This document shows positions 18,741 to 27,719 of a DNA stretch of 64,000 bases, one piece after another (within the stretch, counting starts at the first letter, position 1; each line of letters begins with the position of its first letter). Below the pieces are notes generated by a model. That model did no database searches and was not told where the DNA came from. It was given only the letters and a program-made list of their open reading frames with translations. The stretch comes from an uncultured Clostridia bacterium (GTDB taxonomy: Bacteria; Bacillota; Clostridia; Lachnospirales; Lachnospiraceae): assembly GCA_946403295.1 (NCBI GenBank), contig CAMIZL010000004.1, forward strand, positions 7,113 to 71,112, in the 5' to 3' direction. The translations under genes and the position numbers were made by a program.

Positions 18741-21700
18741 ATGAAGTCTTTAGAAATAAATAACCGGAAGGAAGCGATCACGGCACTTCGGATAGTTGCT
18801 GTCCTTTTTATTATGATCATGTCCCTCTGCCTGATCTCGTCAAAGGATGTATCTGCAGCGGAAAGCACCGGGTATATCTTCAGAGACGAGACGCCCGATG
18901 AAACAGGCATTCCTGTTTATTATCATAAGGGTGTGAAATATAAAGAGCTCAATGATTATGAGAAAAAAGTATTCAATCAGGTTATTCTTCTTCATCGTTA
19001 TCTGATCGGGGAAATTGAAGAATATCCCGGAACGGTTAGATCGACAAAGGTTTCGGGCCAAAGTGTGTATGAACTGGAAATACCGTCTCTTGAAGTACAA
19101 GTACAGGTAGTAAAAAGTGCATCGGGTTCGGCAATTGAGTACTATACAGAACAGGAAGTAAACAATCTGCCCGAGGCAAAGGAAGCTTTCAACAGAGAAT
19201 TGGCACGGGTGATCGATTTTAACAAGGTAATATGTGCTCTCTGTGTGGATATTCCCGATCTTTTCTGGTGGAATAAGACTTATTGTGAATGGAATAAGAG
19301 AATTATTCAAGGCAACGATAATAAATTAAGGGTTGCCGAAAATAAGTTCCTCCTCTTCCTTCAGACAGATTTTTCAAGGAACTACTATACCAAGGTTCAA
19401 ATTCAGACCGTGATGAACAGGATTAATAACTTTGCGGCTTATGTAATAGACGCGGTTGAAAGTGAGGAATTTTGGGAGTATATAAAGGGGGGAACTGTGA
19501 CATCGGTACCTGAGGTATTATCTGATTATGATAAACTCAAGGGTGTTGCCGTGATGCTTGAAAAATTGTTAAAGTATGATGATAGTTCAGGCGGTCCGCG
19601 CCCGACATCATACGGTATAGATTGCATTACTTCGGCAGATTTTGAAATGAGCGGAGAAGCGTATGAAGATCATTCCTACGAAATATTCGCTGTTTGTGAA
19701 GGTTATTCGGAATTATACAAATTCATATGTGACAAGATAAGATTTGACAATGATATCAAAGTAGGGCTTGAAGTCGGATATTTGAAGGAAAAATCCGGTC
19801 TTGGTAAACATGAATGGAATGTTGTGACGATCGAAGGACTCGGTAATTATGTCACGGAGACCACTAATGATGTTAAGATTGTTAAGGGATTTTTTGATGA
19901 ATATGATACTCAACATGATTATACGGGCATTGAGTTTAAATATTTTGCTGCGCTTTTCATGAAAGGAAAGGATCATCTGTTTTCAGCGCTCAATTTACCG
20001 GGTAAATACAGTGTGCTGGGGGTGATAAGTACACCTATAAAAAGTGTTGGTTCTCTTGTAGAATTTGATTTTATAGGAAACGCGATCAACAGCATTGATA
20101 ATATATCCGAAAGGACCATGTATGAGATCAGTGATACGGATTTTGCTGACTTTGATATAACAAATCTTCAGGTACAGATCAATAAGAAAAACGGTGCCGG
20201 AGAATTTGAAAATGATGAGGCATTTGTTAATGCCGGCACTAATCCTGTTCAATTAAAATATTATTCCGATGACTCCTTAAGACAGGTGGTTGTTGACGGT
20301 ATACAGGGCATCTCTGTTGTGGAATTGATCAAAGATGACGGAAATGACTCGTTGAATCCGTCGATAAACAGAGAAATAGTATATAAAAGTGTGATGACAG
20401 ACGGTAAGCTACTGTTGAACCCGGGTGATTATGAACCCGGAAATTATCTGCTTTACGTTTATGTCGGCACGGATTGTTATATGCGTCCGGTAAAGAAGTA
20501 TCCGTTAGAAATAATCAAAAAGACTGTAACGGCTTCTGTTGTTGGCAAGGCCGGAGAAACAATTGCGATAGATGGAAAAGAAATAACATCCGGTTCGATG
20601 AATATTCTTAATACCGAGCTTGCCGGCAAAATTGATATTGCTTTAAATGGTGTTGCGGACAGAGATAAAGACGGTCTTACGGTAAGAATAACTTCCCTTA
20701 CGTTGGAAAAACTTACTCCCGCAACCCTTGATGCCGAAGGCACGGCACGTGTTACGGCCACCGTTGAGCTGGTCGGTACAAAAACCGATCGCTACGAATT
20801 GGATAGTAATTCCGTAGTCATAATCAATGATTCGCTGGTAACTGTTTCTAAGATCGAACAGCCCGCAGATCCCGGGCAGAGCGGCGAAACGACCGGCGGC
20901 GGATCAACCTCGGGCGGAGGAGCACCTTCGGGCGGAGGATCGTCTTCAGGCGGAGGAGCACCTTCGGGCGGAGGATCGTCTTCAGGCGGAGGATCACCCT
21001 CGGGCGGCGGATCGTCTTCAGGCGGCGGATCGTCTTCGGGCGGAGGATCACCCTCGGGCGGCGGATCAACTTCAGGCGGCGGAGCACCCTCAGGCGGCGG
21101 ATCGTCTTCAGGCGGCGGAGCACCCTCAGGCGGCGGATCGTCTTCGGGCGGCGGAGCACCCTCGGGCGGCGGAGCCGACACATCGAAGAAGGATGACAAA
21201 GCTGCGGATGAAAAGAAGGATGATAAGGCAGCTGAAGATATAAAAGACGACGAAAAGGATGACGAGAAGAAGGATGACGACGGAATCACGGTGGTTGAAA
21301 ATGAAGACGGTTCAACAACAACCATAACCGTAGTCATTGATGAAAAGGGCTCAATTACCGCTAAATCGGTTACCGAGACTGGAGACGGCCGGGCAATTGA
21401 GAGTACATACAGTGTTTCAAGCAAGGGAACGGTAAAGATGACCTCGCTTGAAACAAAAGAGAAAAACGTTGAGATCCCCGAATTCATACAGATTTCAGGA
21501 GAGAAGCGTCCTGTAACGCAGATTGCCAAGTATGCCCTTAAGGACAATAAGAAAATGACAGGCACCCGCATCGGAGCGAACATTACCTCGATCGGGGCAG
21601 GGGCATATAAAAACAACAGGAAGCTGAAGGATATCGAACTTACCGATTCCGTAACAAAGATCTACAAGAATGCTTTTAAGGGAATCTCTAAAGAAGCTGT

Positions 21701-21803
21701 CTTCAGGATCAAGGCATCTTCAAAGAAGAAATACAACAAGGTCGTAGCTTTGATCAAAGCTTCCGGTGTAAGTGATACCGTGAAATTTGAGAGAGTGAAA
21801 TGA
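18741..21803 (+). CDS. large secreted/cell-surface protein: transglutaminase-like core, Gly/Ser repeat spacer, BspA-type leucine-rich repeat C-terminus
   Basis: 1020 aa with RBS GAGAAGGAG. N-terminal signal/TM segment (ALRIVAVLFIMIMSLCLI). Cys...His core (AVCEGYSELYKFICD ... GKHEWNVVTIEG) resembles transglutaminase-like cysteine proteases. Then (GGGxxS)x16 and a Lys/Asp-rich stretch. The C-terminus (VTQIAKYALKDN...ITSIGAGAYKNN...VTKIYKNAFKG) resembles BspA-like LRRs. Confidence 0.7.
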   Translation: MKSLEINNRKEAITALRIVAVLFIMIMSLCLISSKDVSAAESTGYIFRDETPDETGIPVYYHKGVKYKELNDYEKKVFNQVILLHRYLIGEIEEYPGTVRSTKVSGQSVYELEIPSLEVQVQVVKSASGSAIEYYTEQEVNNLPEAKEAFNRELARVIDFNKVICALCVDIPDLFWWNKTYCEWNKRIIQGNDNKLRVAENKFLLFLQTDFSRNYYTKVQIQTVMNRINNFAAYVIDAVESEEFWEYIKGGTVTSVPEVLSDYDKLKGVAVMLEKLLKYDDSSGGPRPTSYGIDCITSADFEMSGEAYEDHSYEIFAVCEGYSELYKFICDKIRFDNDIKVGLEVGYLKEKSGLGKHEWNVVTIEGLGNYVTETTNDVKIVKGFFDEYDTQHDYTGIEFKYFAALFMKGKDHLFSALNLPGKYSVLGVISTPIKSVGSLVEFDFIGNAINSIDNISERTMYEISDTDFADFDITNLQVQINKKNGAGEFENDEAFVNAGTNPVQLKYYSDDSLRQVVVDGIQGISVVELIKDDGNDSLNPSINREIVYKSVMTDGKLLLNPGDYEPGNYLLYVYVGTDCYMRPVKKYPLEIIKKTVTASVVGKAGETIAIDGKEITSGSMNILNTELAGKIDIALNGVADRDKDGLTVRITSLTLEKLTPATLDAEGTARVTATVELVGTKTDRYELDSNSVVIINDSLVTVSKIEQPADPGQSGETTGGGSTSGGGAPSGGGSSSGGGAPSGGGSSSGGGSPSGGGSSSGGGSSSGGGSPSGGGSTSGGGAPSGGGSSSGGGAPSGGGSSSGGGAPSGGGADTSKKDDKAADEKKDDKAAEDIKDDEKDDEKKDDDGITVVENEDGSTTTITVVIDEKGSITAKSVTETGDGRAIESTYSVSSKGTVKMTSLETKEKNVEIPEFIQISGEKRPVTQIAKYALKDNKKMTGTRIGANITSIGAGAYKNNRKLKDIELTDSVTKIYKNAFKGISKEAVFRIKASSKKKYNKVVALIKASGVSDTVKFERVK
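20895..21173 (+). repeat. in-frame 18-bp repeat array (~16 units) encoding GGG(S/A)(T/P/S)S
   Basis: ggcgg(a/c)gga(t/g)c(a/g)xc(t/c)tc(g/a) units are read directly from the sequence. Protein stretch is GGGSTSGGGAPSGGGSSS... Confidence 0.9.
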
Positions 21804-21820
21804 TGAGCGACCCGAGGATG

Positions 21821-21898
21821 CGTGGAGCAGGTGATCCGCGACACGTCGTCATAGGACCTCGTGGAGCAGGTGATCCGCGACACGTCACCATAGGACCG
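21821..21898. repeat. 39-bp tandem duplication (2 units plus partial third) between surface-protein gene and recU
   Basis: cgtggagcaggtgatccgcgacacgtc(gt/ac)cataggacc(t/g) occurs at 21821-21859 and 21860-21898, followed by cggggagca. Confidence 0.95.
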
Positions 21899-21923
21899 CG
21901 GGGAGCAATGAGAGGAAACTGAC

Positions 21924-22457
21924 ATGCCGGCATGGAATTCACGAGGCCTCAGGGGCTCGGCGTTTGAGGAAAGGATCAATCTGACAAACGAGAAGCTGCG
22001 TGATCGTGGGCTCGCGCTTGTGCAGAAGATCCCCACCCCCATTACGCCTATCGAAATGGATAAGGAACACGGCCACATAACGCTTGCGTATTTTGACAAA
22101 AAGAGTACCGTTGATTATGTCGGTGTCGTTCAGGGCGTGCCGGTGTGCTTTGATGCGAAGGAATCGTCGACCGATACTTTTGCCATGAATAACGTACATG
22201 AACATCAGGTAAGATTCATGGAGGACTTTGAAAAGCAGGACGGTGTAGCATTTCTGCTCATAAACTTCACGGGCAGCGGACGGCTCTATTACATGCGTAC
22301 AAAAGAGTTGAAGACCTTTTGGGACAGAGCACAAAACGGAGGCCGGAAGAGCGTGAGAGCGGACGAGCTCGACGAGGAGTACTTCTTCGGGCAGGGCGAC
22401 GGGCTCGTGATCCCGTATCTTGAGATGCTCCGGAAGGATCTTGAGGAGAGGGAATAA
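21924..22457 (+). CDS. recU: Holliday junction resolvase RecU
   Basis: 177 aa. N-terminal G-x-AFEE-x-IN-x-TN and QKIPTPI motifs, then DYVGVVQG...FDAKES and HQVRFMEDF, as in Firmicutes RecU. Confidence 0.9.
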   Translation: MPAWNSRGLRGSAFEERINLTNEKLRDRGLALVQKIPTPITPIEMDKEHGHITLAYFDKKSTVDYVGVVQGVPVCFDAKESSTDTFAMNNVHEHQVRFMEDFEKQDGVAFLLINFTGSGRLYYMRTKELKTFWDRAQNGGRKSVRADELDEEYFFGQGDGLVIPYLEMLRKDLEERE

Positions 22458-22508
22458 AGGCTTTGCCAAACACAGAAAAAAATACTCGATCATAAGAGGA
22501 GGAAAAAC

Positions 22509-22949
22509 ATGAGAGTCGAAAGATTAAAGGAATACACACCGGAGGCTGCTACTCGCATCCGCGAGCTTTTGATCCAGCTTTCGCGCAGCAAGAAAGACCG
22601 TGGAGAGATCCCGCGTGAGTGGTTTGAGGAGGTTATCAATTCTCCGCACAACGACATGCTCCTTGCTATCAATGATGAGGAGAAGATCGTCGGCATCGCG
22701 ACCCTTTCGATCATTATGGGACCCATCGTAAGAAAGAATGCTTACCTTGAAGACTTCGTTACCGATGAGTCTGTCCGCGGTCAGGGCGTTGGTGGTAAAT
22801 TGTGGGAGGCAATGCTTGCCTGGGCTGCCGAAAAAGGCTGCAAGGAGCTTAACTTTACCTCGGGCAAAGGCCGTGAGGACGCTTGGAGATTCTACCAGAA
22901 CAAGGGCTCCGAGATTTATGACACCAATTTCTTTAAAAAGAACATTTGA
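22509..22949 (+). CDS. GNAT-family N-acetyltransferase
   Basis: 146 aa. Acetyl-CoA binding motif A (VRGQGVGGKLWEAMLAWAAEKG). Confidence 0.85.
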   Translation: MRVERLKEYTPEAATRIRELLIQLSRSKKDRGEIPREWFEEVINSPHNDMLLAINDEEKIVGIATLSIIMGPIVRKNAYLEDFVTDESVRGQGVGGKLWEAMLAWAAEKGCKELNFTSGKGREDAWRFYQNKGSEIYDTNFFKKNI

Positions 22950-22960
22950 CAGAATTGAAG

Positions 22961-22998
22961 ACATCCCCCACTTTTCGCTCCTGCGAAGTGGGGGATGT
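22961..22998. terminator. stem-loop between convergent GNAT and mazF genes (probable bidirectional terminator)
   Basis: acatcccccactt (22961-22973) pairs with aagtgggggatgt (22986-22998). It lies between two convergent stop codons. The T-tract is weak. Confidence 0.55.
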
Positions 22999-23033
22999 GA
23001 AGTTCAAACTTTCCAAAATATATAGCGGAGAGA

Positions 23034-23342
23034 CTAATCATATTCAAACATGCCCTGAATGGCATCCGAAATGTTCATGATGTCTTGGTATTTTAAAGAG
23101 TCTGTTTTATTAACAGTCCTGACATCCGGATCTATCATTTTAATCTGCTCACAGATAACGGTGCCTTTAGTACCCTTTTTGCCGATCACGGTGATATGGA
23201 GAGGTCCGTCAGCGAATTCCGAAAAAAGAGGGCATACATGAAACACGCCCAAGGCTTTTATAAAAGAATTCTTACTGGTTATTACAAAGTGAATTTTTTC
23301 TAATCCACCGATTTTTACAATATCGCCCTGGCTATAGCTCAT
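23034..23342 (-). CDS. mazF: type II toxin, MazF/PemK family endoribonuclease
   Basis: 102 aa. QGDIVKI start, VCPLFSE core and ICEQIKMIDPDVR match the MazF/PemK pattern. It overlaps the upstream antitoxin gene by 4 nt (ATGA). Confidence 0.85.
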   Translation of the reverse strand: MSYSQGDIVKIGGLEKIHFVITSKNSFIKALGVFHVCPLFSEFADGPLHITVIGKKGTKGTVICEQIKMIDPDVRTVNKTDSLKYQDIMNISDAIQGMFEYD

Positions 23343-23581
23343 AACAGTTCCCTCCCGACGGGTTCGCCCCAGTCAAAATCGCAGGCAGAAATTTTGTTAT
23401 TATATTCTGTCATACGCTCCTCAAATGATCTGTGACGAAAAGCTTTTCGAAGGATTATTGCATCGGCCGAGATTTCAACATCAAGTGTGTCGGATACTTT
23501 TAGCTTCATTTTGTCCATTATTTCTTTGCTGAGACGAATTCCCTGGCTGTTGCCCCAGGATTTGACAGTTACTTGAGACAT
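23339..23581 (-). CDS. mazE: type II antitoxin, MazE/AbrB (SpoVT) family
   Basis: 80 aa starting at MSQVTVKSWGNSQGIRLSKEIM (the MazE-type swapped-hairpin motif). GGAGG lies 7 nt upstream of this ATG. The longer track ORF (to 23668) would run through the promoter. Confidence 0.85.
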   Translation of the reverse strand: MSQVTVKSWGNSQGIRLSKEIMDKMKLKVSDTLDVEISADAIILRKAFRHRSFEERMTEYNNKISACDFDWGEPVGRELL

Positions 23582-23605
23582 ACTATAACCTCCGCAAATC
23601 AGACA

Positions 23606-23652
23606 ATGTATATACGTATAAACATTATAACATTCATATCCGGAAACGTCAA
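23606..23652 (-). promoter_or_regulatory. mazEF promoter with overlapping palindromic operator
   Basis: On the - strand: TTGACG (23652-23647), 17 nt, TATAAT (23629-23624). The near-perfect palindrome ATGTATATAC/GTATAAACAT (23606-23625) overlaps the -10/+1 region, as expected for TA autoregulation. Confidence 0.6.
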
Positions 23653-23703
23653 ATATGCAATGAAGCATGGGCTCTTCATTGAAGGAATCTTTTCAAAAAA
23701 CAC

Positions 23704-23733
23704 TTGACGGAAAGATTGCGTTGCCTTTATAAT
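23704..23733 (+). promoter_or_regulatory. sigma-A-type promoter of the his operon
   Basis: TTGACG (23704-23709), 18 nt, TATAAT (23728-23733), ~140 nt upstream of hisZ. Confidence 0.55.
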
Positions 23734-23875
23734 ACGTTTTAATTTACTACCTTGCTACTATAGTAGCAAGGTGACGCGTTAAAGCGATAAAGCAAACATG
23801 AAAACCGGTACGTTGTTGTAGTTACCGAAAGGAAATCAGAAGCGGCTAAACCCGCTTCCAAAGAGGAGAGTATAT

Positions 23876-24988
23876 ATGAAGGACAGACTTTTACATACAC
23901 CCGAGGGTGTCAGGGATATATACGGCAGCGAGTGCGTACTCAAGAGGGGCCTTGAAAGCAGGCTTTCCGAGAAGATGCGCCTTAACGGATACGACATGAT
24001 CGAAACTCCTGTTTTTGAGTATTTCGAAGTGTTCGGAGAGAAGAGAGGCACCGCCCGCCCGAAGGACATGTACAGATTCTTCGACAGAGAGGGCAATACG
24101 CTCGTTCTTCGCCCCGATATGACTCCCTCCGTTGCACGCTGCGCGGCCCGCTATTATAAGGACTCAAAGGATCCCGTGAGGATCGCTTATTGCGGAAGCA
24201 CATTTATCAACAGCAGCGAATATCAGGGTAAGCCCCGCCAGAGCACACAGCTCGGTGCCGAGCTCATAGGTGACGGAAGTGCGTTCGGTGATGCCGAGAT
24301 GATCGCGCTCACGGTTGATTGTCTTCTCGAGGCAGGTCTCACTCAGTTCCAGGTAGAGATCGGTGACACGGCGTTCTTTACGGCGATCGCCGATGAGGCC
24401 GGTATTCGCGGTGATGAATATGACGAACTCGTAAGGCTTATCATAGACAAGAATATTTTCGGTATCGAGGATCTTATCAAGAGGCAGGGCCTTGATGAAA
24501 AATACAAAAAGCTTTTCCTTGCGCTTCCCTCGCTTTTCGGTTCGGTAGAAAGGCTTGAGGATTTCAAGAAGCTCACTGACAACAAGACCGCAACGGAAGC
24601 TATCGAGCGTCTCGAAAAGATCTACGGGATCATGAAGATCTACGGTTATGACGACTATATCGGATTTGACCTCGGTATGCTCAGCAGTTACAGATATTAC
24701 ACGGGCATCATTTTTAACGCCTATACATACGGCCTCGGCGAAGCACTTGTTGCCGGCGGTCGATACGACAAACTCGCAGGGCAGTTCGGTAACGACAGAC
24801 CCGCGGTAGGCATGGCTGTTTATGTGGAGCGCATGATGGAAGCCCTTGTGAGAAACGGCTGTGTGAGAGGTGAGCACGAGCCGCAGAAAACTGCGGTCGA
24901 AGCTGATGAAAATTCATATGCAAAGGCGCTTAAGGAAGCAAGAGAACTCAGAAAAGCAGGAAAGCCTGCATATATCAAAGTGAAATGA
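23876..24988 (+). CDS. hisZ: ATP phosphoribosyltransferase regulatory subunit HisZ
   Basis: 370 aa, a class-II aaRS (HisRS)-like paralogue (LLHTPEGVRDIY..., LRPDMTPSVAR, GGRYDKL). It sits directly upstream of a short-form hisG. Confidence 0.9.
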   Translation: MKDRLLHTPEGVRDIYGSECVLKRGLESRLSEKMRLNGYDMIETPVFEYFEVFGEKRGTARPKDMYRFFDREGNTLVLRPDMTPSVARCAARYYKDSKDPVRIAYCGSTFINSSEYQGKPRQSTQLGAELIGDGSAFGDAEMIALTVDCLLEAGLTQFQVEIGDTAFFTAIADEAGIRGDEYDELVRLIIDKNIFGIEDLIKRQGLDEKYKKLFLALPSLFGSVERLEDFKKLTDNKTATEAIERLEKIYGIMKIYGYDDYIGFDLGMLSSYRYYTGIIFNAYTYGLGEALVAGGRYDKLAGQFGNDRPAVGMAVYVERMMEALVRNGCVRGEHEPQKTAVEADENSYAKALKEARELRKAGKPAYIKVK

Positions 24989-24996
24989 GGTAACAT

Positions 24997-25647
24997 ATGA
25001 GATACATTACTATAGCACTTGCAAAAGGACGTCTTGCAAAGCAGACGATGGAGATCCTCAAAAAACTCGGGATCATCTGCCCCGAGATGGAGGACAAAGA
25101 TTCGCGTAAGCTCATCTTTACAAACGAGGAGCTTGGCTTCAGGTTCTTCCTTGCGAAGGCAAACGATGTGCCCACATATGTTGAGTACGGCGCAGCCGAC
25201 ATCGGAATAGTCGGCAAAGACACGATAGTTGAAGAGGCAAGGTCGCTTTACGAAGTACTCGACCTCAACCTCGGAAAATGCAGGATGTGTGTAGCCGGTC
25301 CCGAATCGGCGCGCGCGCTTCTTGATTCGTCGCTTCCTTTAAGAGTAGCCACAAAATATCCGAAGATCGCCAAAGATTACTTCTATAATGTGCGACATCA
25401 ATCCGTGGAGATCATCAAACTCAACGGATCGATCGAGCTCGCACCGATCGTCGGACTTGCCGAAGTTATAGTTGATATCGTTGAGACGGGTTCAACCCTC
25501 AGAGAAAACGGCCTTAAGGTTCTCGAAGAATTCATGCCGCTTTCCGCAAGGATGGTAGTAAACCGTGTCAGTCTCAAGATGGAACAGGAGCGTATCAGAA
25601 AGCTCATCGCCGACATGAGAGAAGTGATAGAGCAAAAGGACGCATAA
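24997..25647 (+). CDS. hisG: ATP phosphoribosyltransferase (short form)
   Basis: 216 aa with the typical HisG start (ITIALAKGRL), DVPTYVEYGAADIGIVGKD and IVETGSTLRENGL. Confidence 0.95.
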   Translation: MRYITIALAKGRLAKQTMEILKKLGIICPEMEDKDSRKLIFTNEELGFRFFLAKANDVPTYVEYGAADIGIVGKDTIVEEARSLYEVLDLNLGKCRMCVAGPESARALLDSSLPLRVATKYPKIAKDYFYNVRHQSVEIIKLNGSIELAPIVGLAEVIVDIVETGSTLRENGLKVLEEFMPLSARMVVNRVSLKMEQERIRKLIADMREVIEQKDA

Positions 25648-25675
25648 ACATTATTACGATAAGAGGAGCTACAAT

Positions 25676-26965
25676 ATGAAGATCATAAAACTCGACGAAT
25701 CGTCGAAAAAAGAAATACTCAGAAATCTTATAAAGAGAAGTCCCGGACAGTACAGGGAATACGAGGACAAAGTTGCCGCGATCGTCGGTGATGTAAGAGA
25801 ACGCGGCGATGAAGCGATATTTGAATACACAAAGAAGTTTGACGGGTTTGACCTTTCGCCCGCGAACATACTCGTTACGCAGGCGGAGATCGATGACGCA
25901 TATGAGAAAGCAGGCGAGAAGCTCGTCTCAGTTATCAGAAAAGCTGCTGCGAACATTCGGGATTTTCACGAGCGTCAAAAGGAGCGCAGCTGGTTCGAGA
26001 CTCCCGCGGACGGGATCTTCCTCGGACAGAAAGTCACTCCCTTAAAACGCGCCGGCGTTTATGTGCCCGGAGGCAAAGCAGCATATCCTTCGTCGGTACT
26101 TATGAATGTGATCCCCGCGAGAGTTGCGGGCGTAGATGAAGTCATCATGTGCACACCGCCCGGAAAAGACGGCGTGATCTACGAGGGAACACTCGTTGCG
26201 GCAAAGGAAGCCGGAGTTGACAAGATCTACAAGGTCGGCGGCGCACAGGCTGTCGCAGCCATGGCATTCGGAACGGAAAGCGTGCCGAGGGTAGACAAGA
26301 TAACAGGACCCGGAAACATATACGTTGCTCTCGCCAAGAAAGCCGTTTACGGTAATGTCAGCATCGATTCGATCGCGGGCCCGAGCGAGATACTCGTACT
26401 TGCCGACGAAACCGCAAATGCTTCTTTCGTAGCGGCAGACCTTCTTTCGCAGGCAGAGCACGACGAGCTTGCGTGCGCCATCCTTATCACGACGAGCAGT
26501 AAGCTTGCCGGGGAAGTGAGCAAAGAGACCGAGCGCATGACGAAAGAGATGCCGAGAGAGAAGATCATCAGGGCATCGCTCGATGATTTCGGTTATATAC
26601 TTGTTGCCGACAATATGGCTGACGCGATCGAGGCGGTTGACGATATCGCTCCCGAGCACCTTGAGATCCAAACGAAGGATCCGTACGGAGACATGGCAAA
26701 GATACGGAATGCGGGCGCGATCTTCCTCGGACCTTACTCGAGCGAGCCTCTCGGCGATTATTGGGCAGGTCCGAATCACATCCTTCCCACAAACGGAACG
26801 GCAAGATTTTTCTCTGCAGTGAGTGTTGATGATTTCATTAAGAAGTCAAGTGTGATATCATATTCGAAAGAAGCACTCGAGGCGGCACACGAAGATATCG
26901 AATTCTTCGCACGCGCGGAGGGACTTTTTGCACATGCCGCATCCATCGCCGAAAGATTCAAGTGA
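25676..26965 (+). CDS. hisD: histidinol dehydrogenase
   Basis: 429 aa with GGKAAYPSSVLM, GPGNIYVA, SQAEHD and DYWAGPNHILPT motifs. Confidence 0.95.
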   Translation: MKIIKLDESSKKEILRNLIKRSPGQYREYEDKVAAIVGDVRERGDEAIFEYTKKFDGFDLSPANILVTQAEIDDAYEKAGEKLVSVIRKAAANIRDFHERQKERSWFETPADGIFLGQKVTPLKRAGVYVPGGKAAYPSSVLMNVIPARVAGVDEVIMCTPPGKDGVIYEGTLVAAKEAGVDKIYKVGGAQAVAAMAFGTESVPRVDKITGPGNIYVALAKKAVYGNVSIDSIAGPSEILVLADETANASFVAADLLSQAEHDELACAILITTSSKLAGEVSKETERMTKEMPREKIIRASLDDFGYILVADNMADAIEAVDDIAPEHLEIQTKDPYGDMAKIRNAGAIFLGPYSSEPLGDYWAGPNHILPTNGTARFFSAVSVDDFIKKSSVISYSKEALEAAHEDIEFFARAEGLFAHAASIAERFK

Positions 26966-27048
26966 TGCATAAAGGGATTCGGGTGAATCTGTAACCGCGT
27001 TATGGTTTTGACAGGAAAACTTAAACCGCTTCTAAAGAGGAGGACAAG

Positions 27049-27636
27049 ATGGGAAGAACTGCTACAGTTGAAAGAATTACAAAAGAGACCAAGATCAACG
27101 TGACGGTCAACCTTGACGGATCGGGCAATTCGCAGATCTATACGGGGATCGGTTTCTTCGATCACATGCTCACGCTTTTTGCCAAGCATGCATGTTTTGA
27201 CCTTGACATAAAGACAGAGGGAGACCTCTTTGTTGACGGACATCACAGTGTGGAAGATACCGGTATCGTGCTCGGCGAAGCGATCAGAAAGGCGCTCGGC
27301 GACAAGGCAGGAATAACCAGGTACGGAAATTTCCTTCTTCCCATGGACGAGACCTTGGTGCTCTGCGCGACAGATCTTTGCGGAAGACCTTATCTCGGAT
27401 TTGATCTTACGTTTACATCGCCTGTTATCGGCGGACTTGACACTCAGCTTATCCGTGAATTCTTCTATGCACTGTCCTACAGCATAGGAGCAAGCATTCA
27501 CCTTAAGCAGATGTCGGGCGTAAACGATCACCACATAAGTGAGGCCGCATTTAAGAGCTTCGCAAGAGCGCTTAGGCAGGCAGTCTCCTACGATCCCAAA
27601 GAAAAAGGGATTCCCTCTACCAAGGGAGTAATTTGA
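27049..27636 (+). CDS. hisB: imidazoleglycerol-phosphate dehydratase
   Basis: 195 aa with RETKETKI-like start (RITKETKINV), IGFFDHML, DGHHSVEDTGI and NDHHISEAAFK motifs. Monofunctional, with no phosphatase domain. Confidence 0.95.
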   Translation: MGRTATVERITKETKINVTVNLDGSGNSQIYTGIGFFDHMLTLFAKHACFDLDIKTEGDLFVDGHHSVEDTGIVLGEAIRKALGDKAGITRYGNFLLPMDETLVLCATDLCGRPYLGFDLTFTSPVIGGLDTQLIREFFYALSYSIGASIHLKQMSGVNDHHISEAAFKSFARALRQAVSYDPKEKGIPSTKGVI

Positions 27637-27719
27637 TATGATCATACGGATATCCGGTATTGTTAAGGTTTTAACAGTACCGGGATCCGGAGAAATGAGA
27701 AAGTAAAAGGAATAAAGTT

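Noticed and set aside
20792-21616. 274-aa - strand ORF (PPPEGAPPPEDD...) opposite the Gly/Ser repeat
   Set aside because: It is the reverse-complement reading of the GGGxxS repeat inside a clearly coding + strand gene.
23734-23875. T-box riboswitch or His leader peptide upstream of hisZ
   Set aside because: The leader is only ~140 nt. I could find no T-box consensus (AATTAGGGTGGTACCGCG-like), no specifier-loop architecture, and no His-codon-rich mini-ORF.
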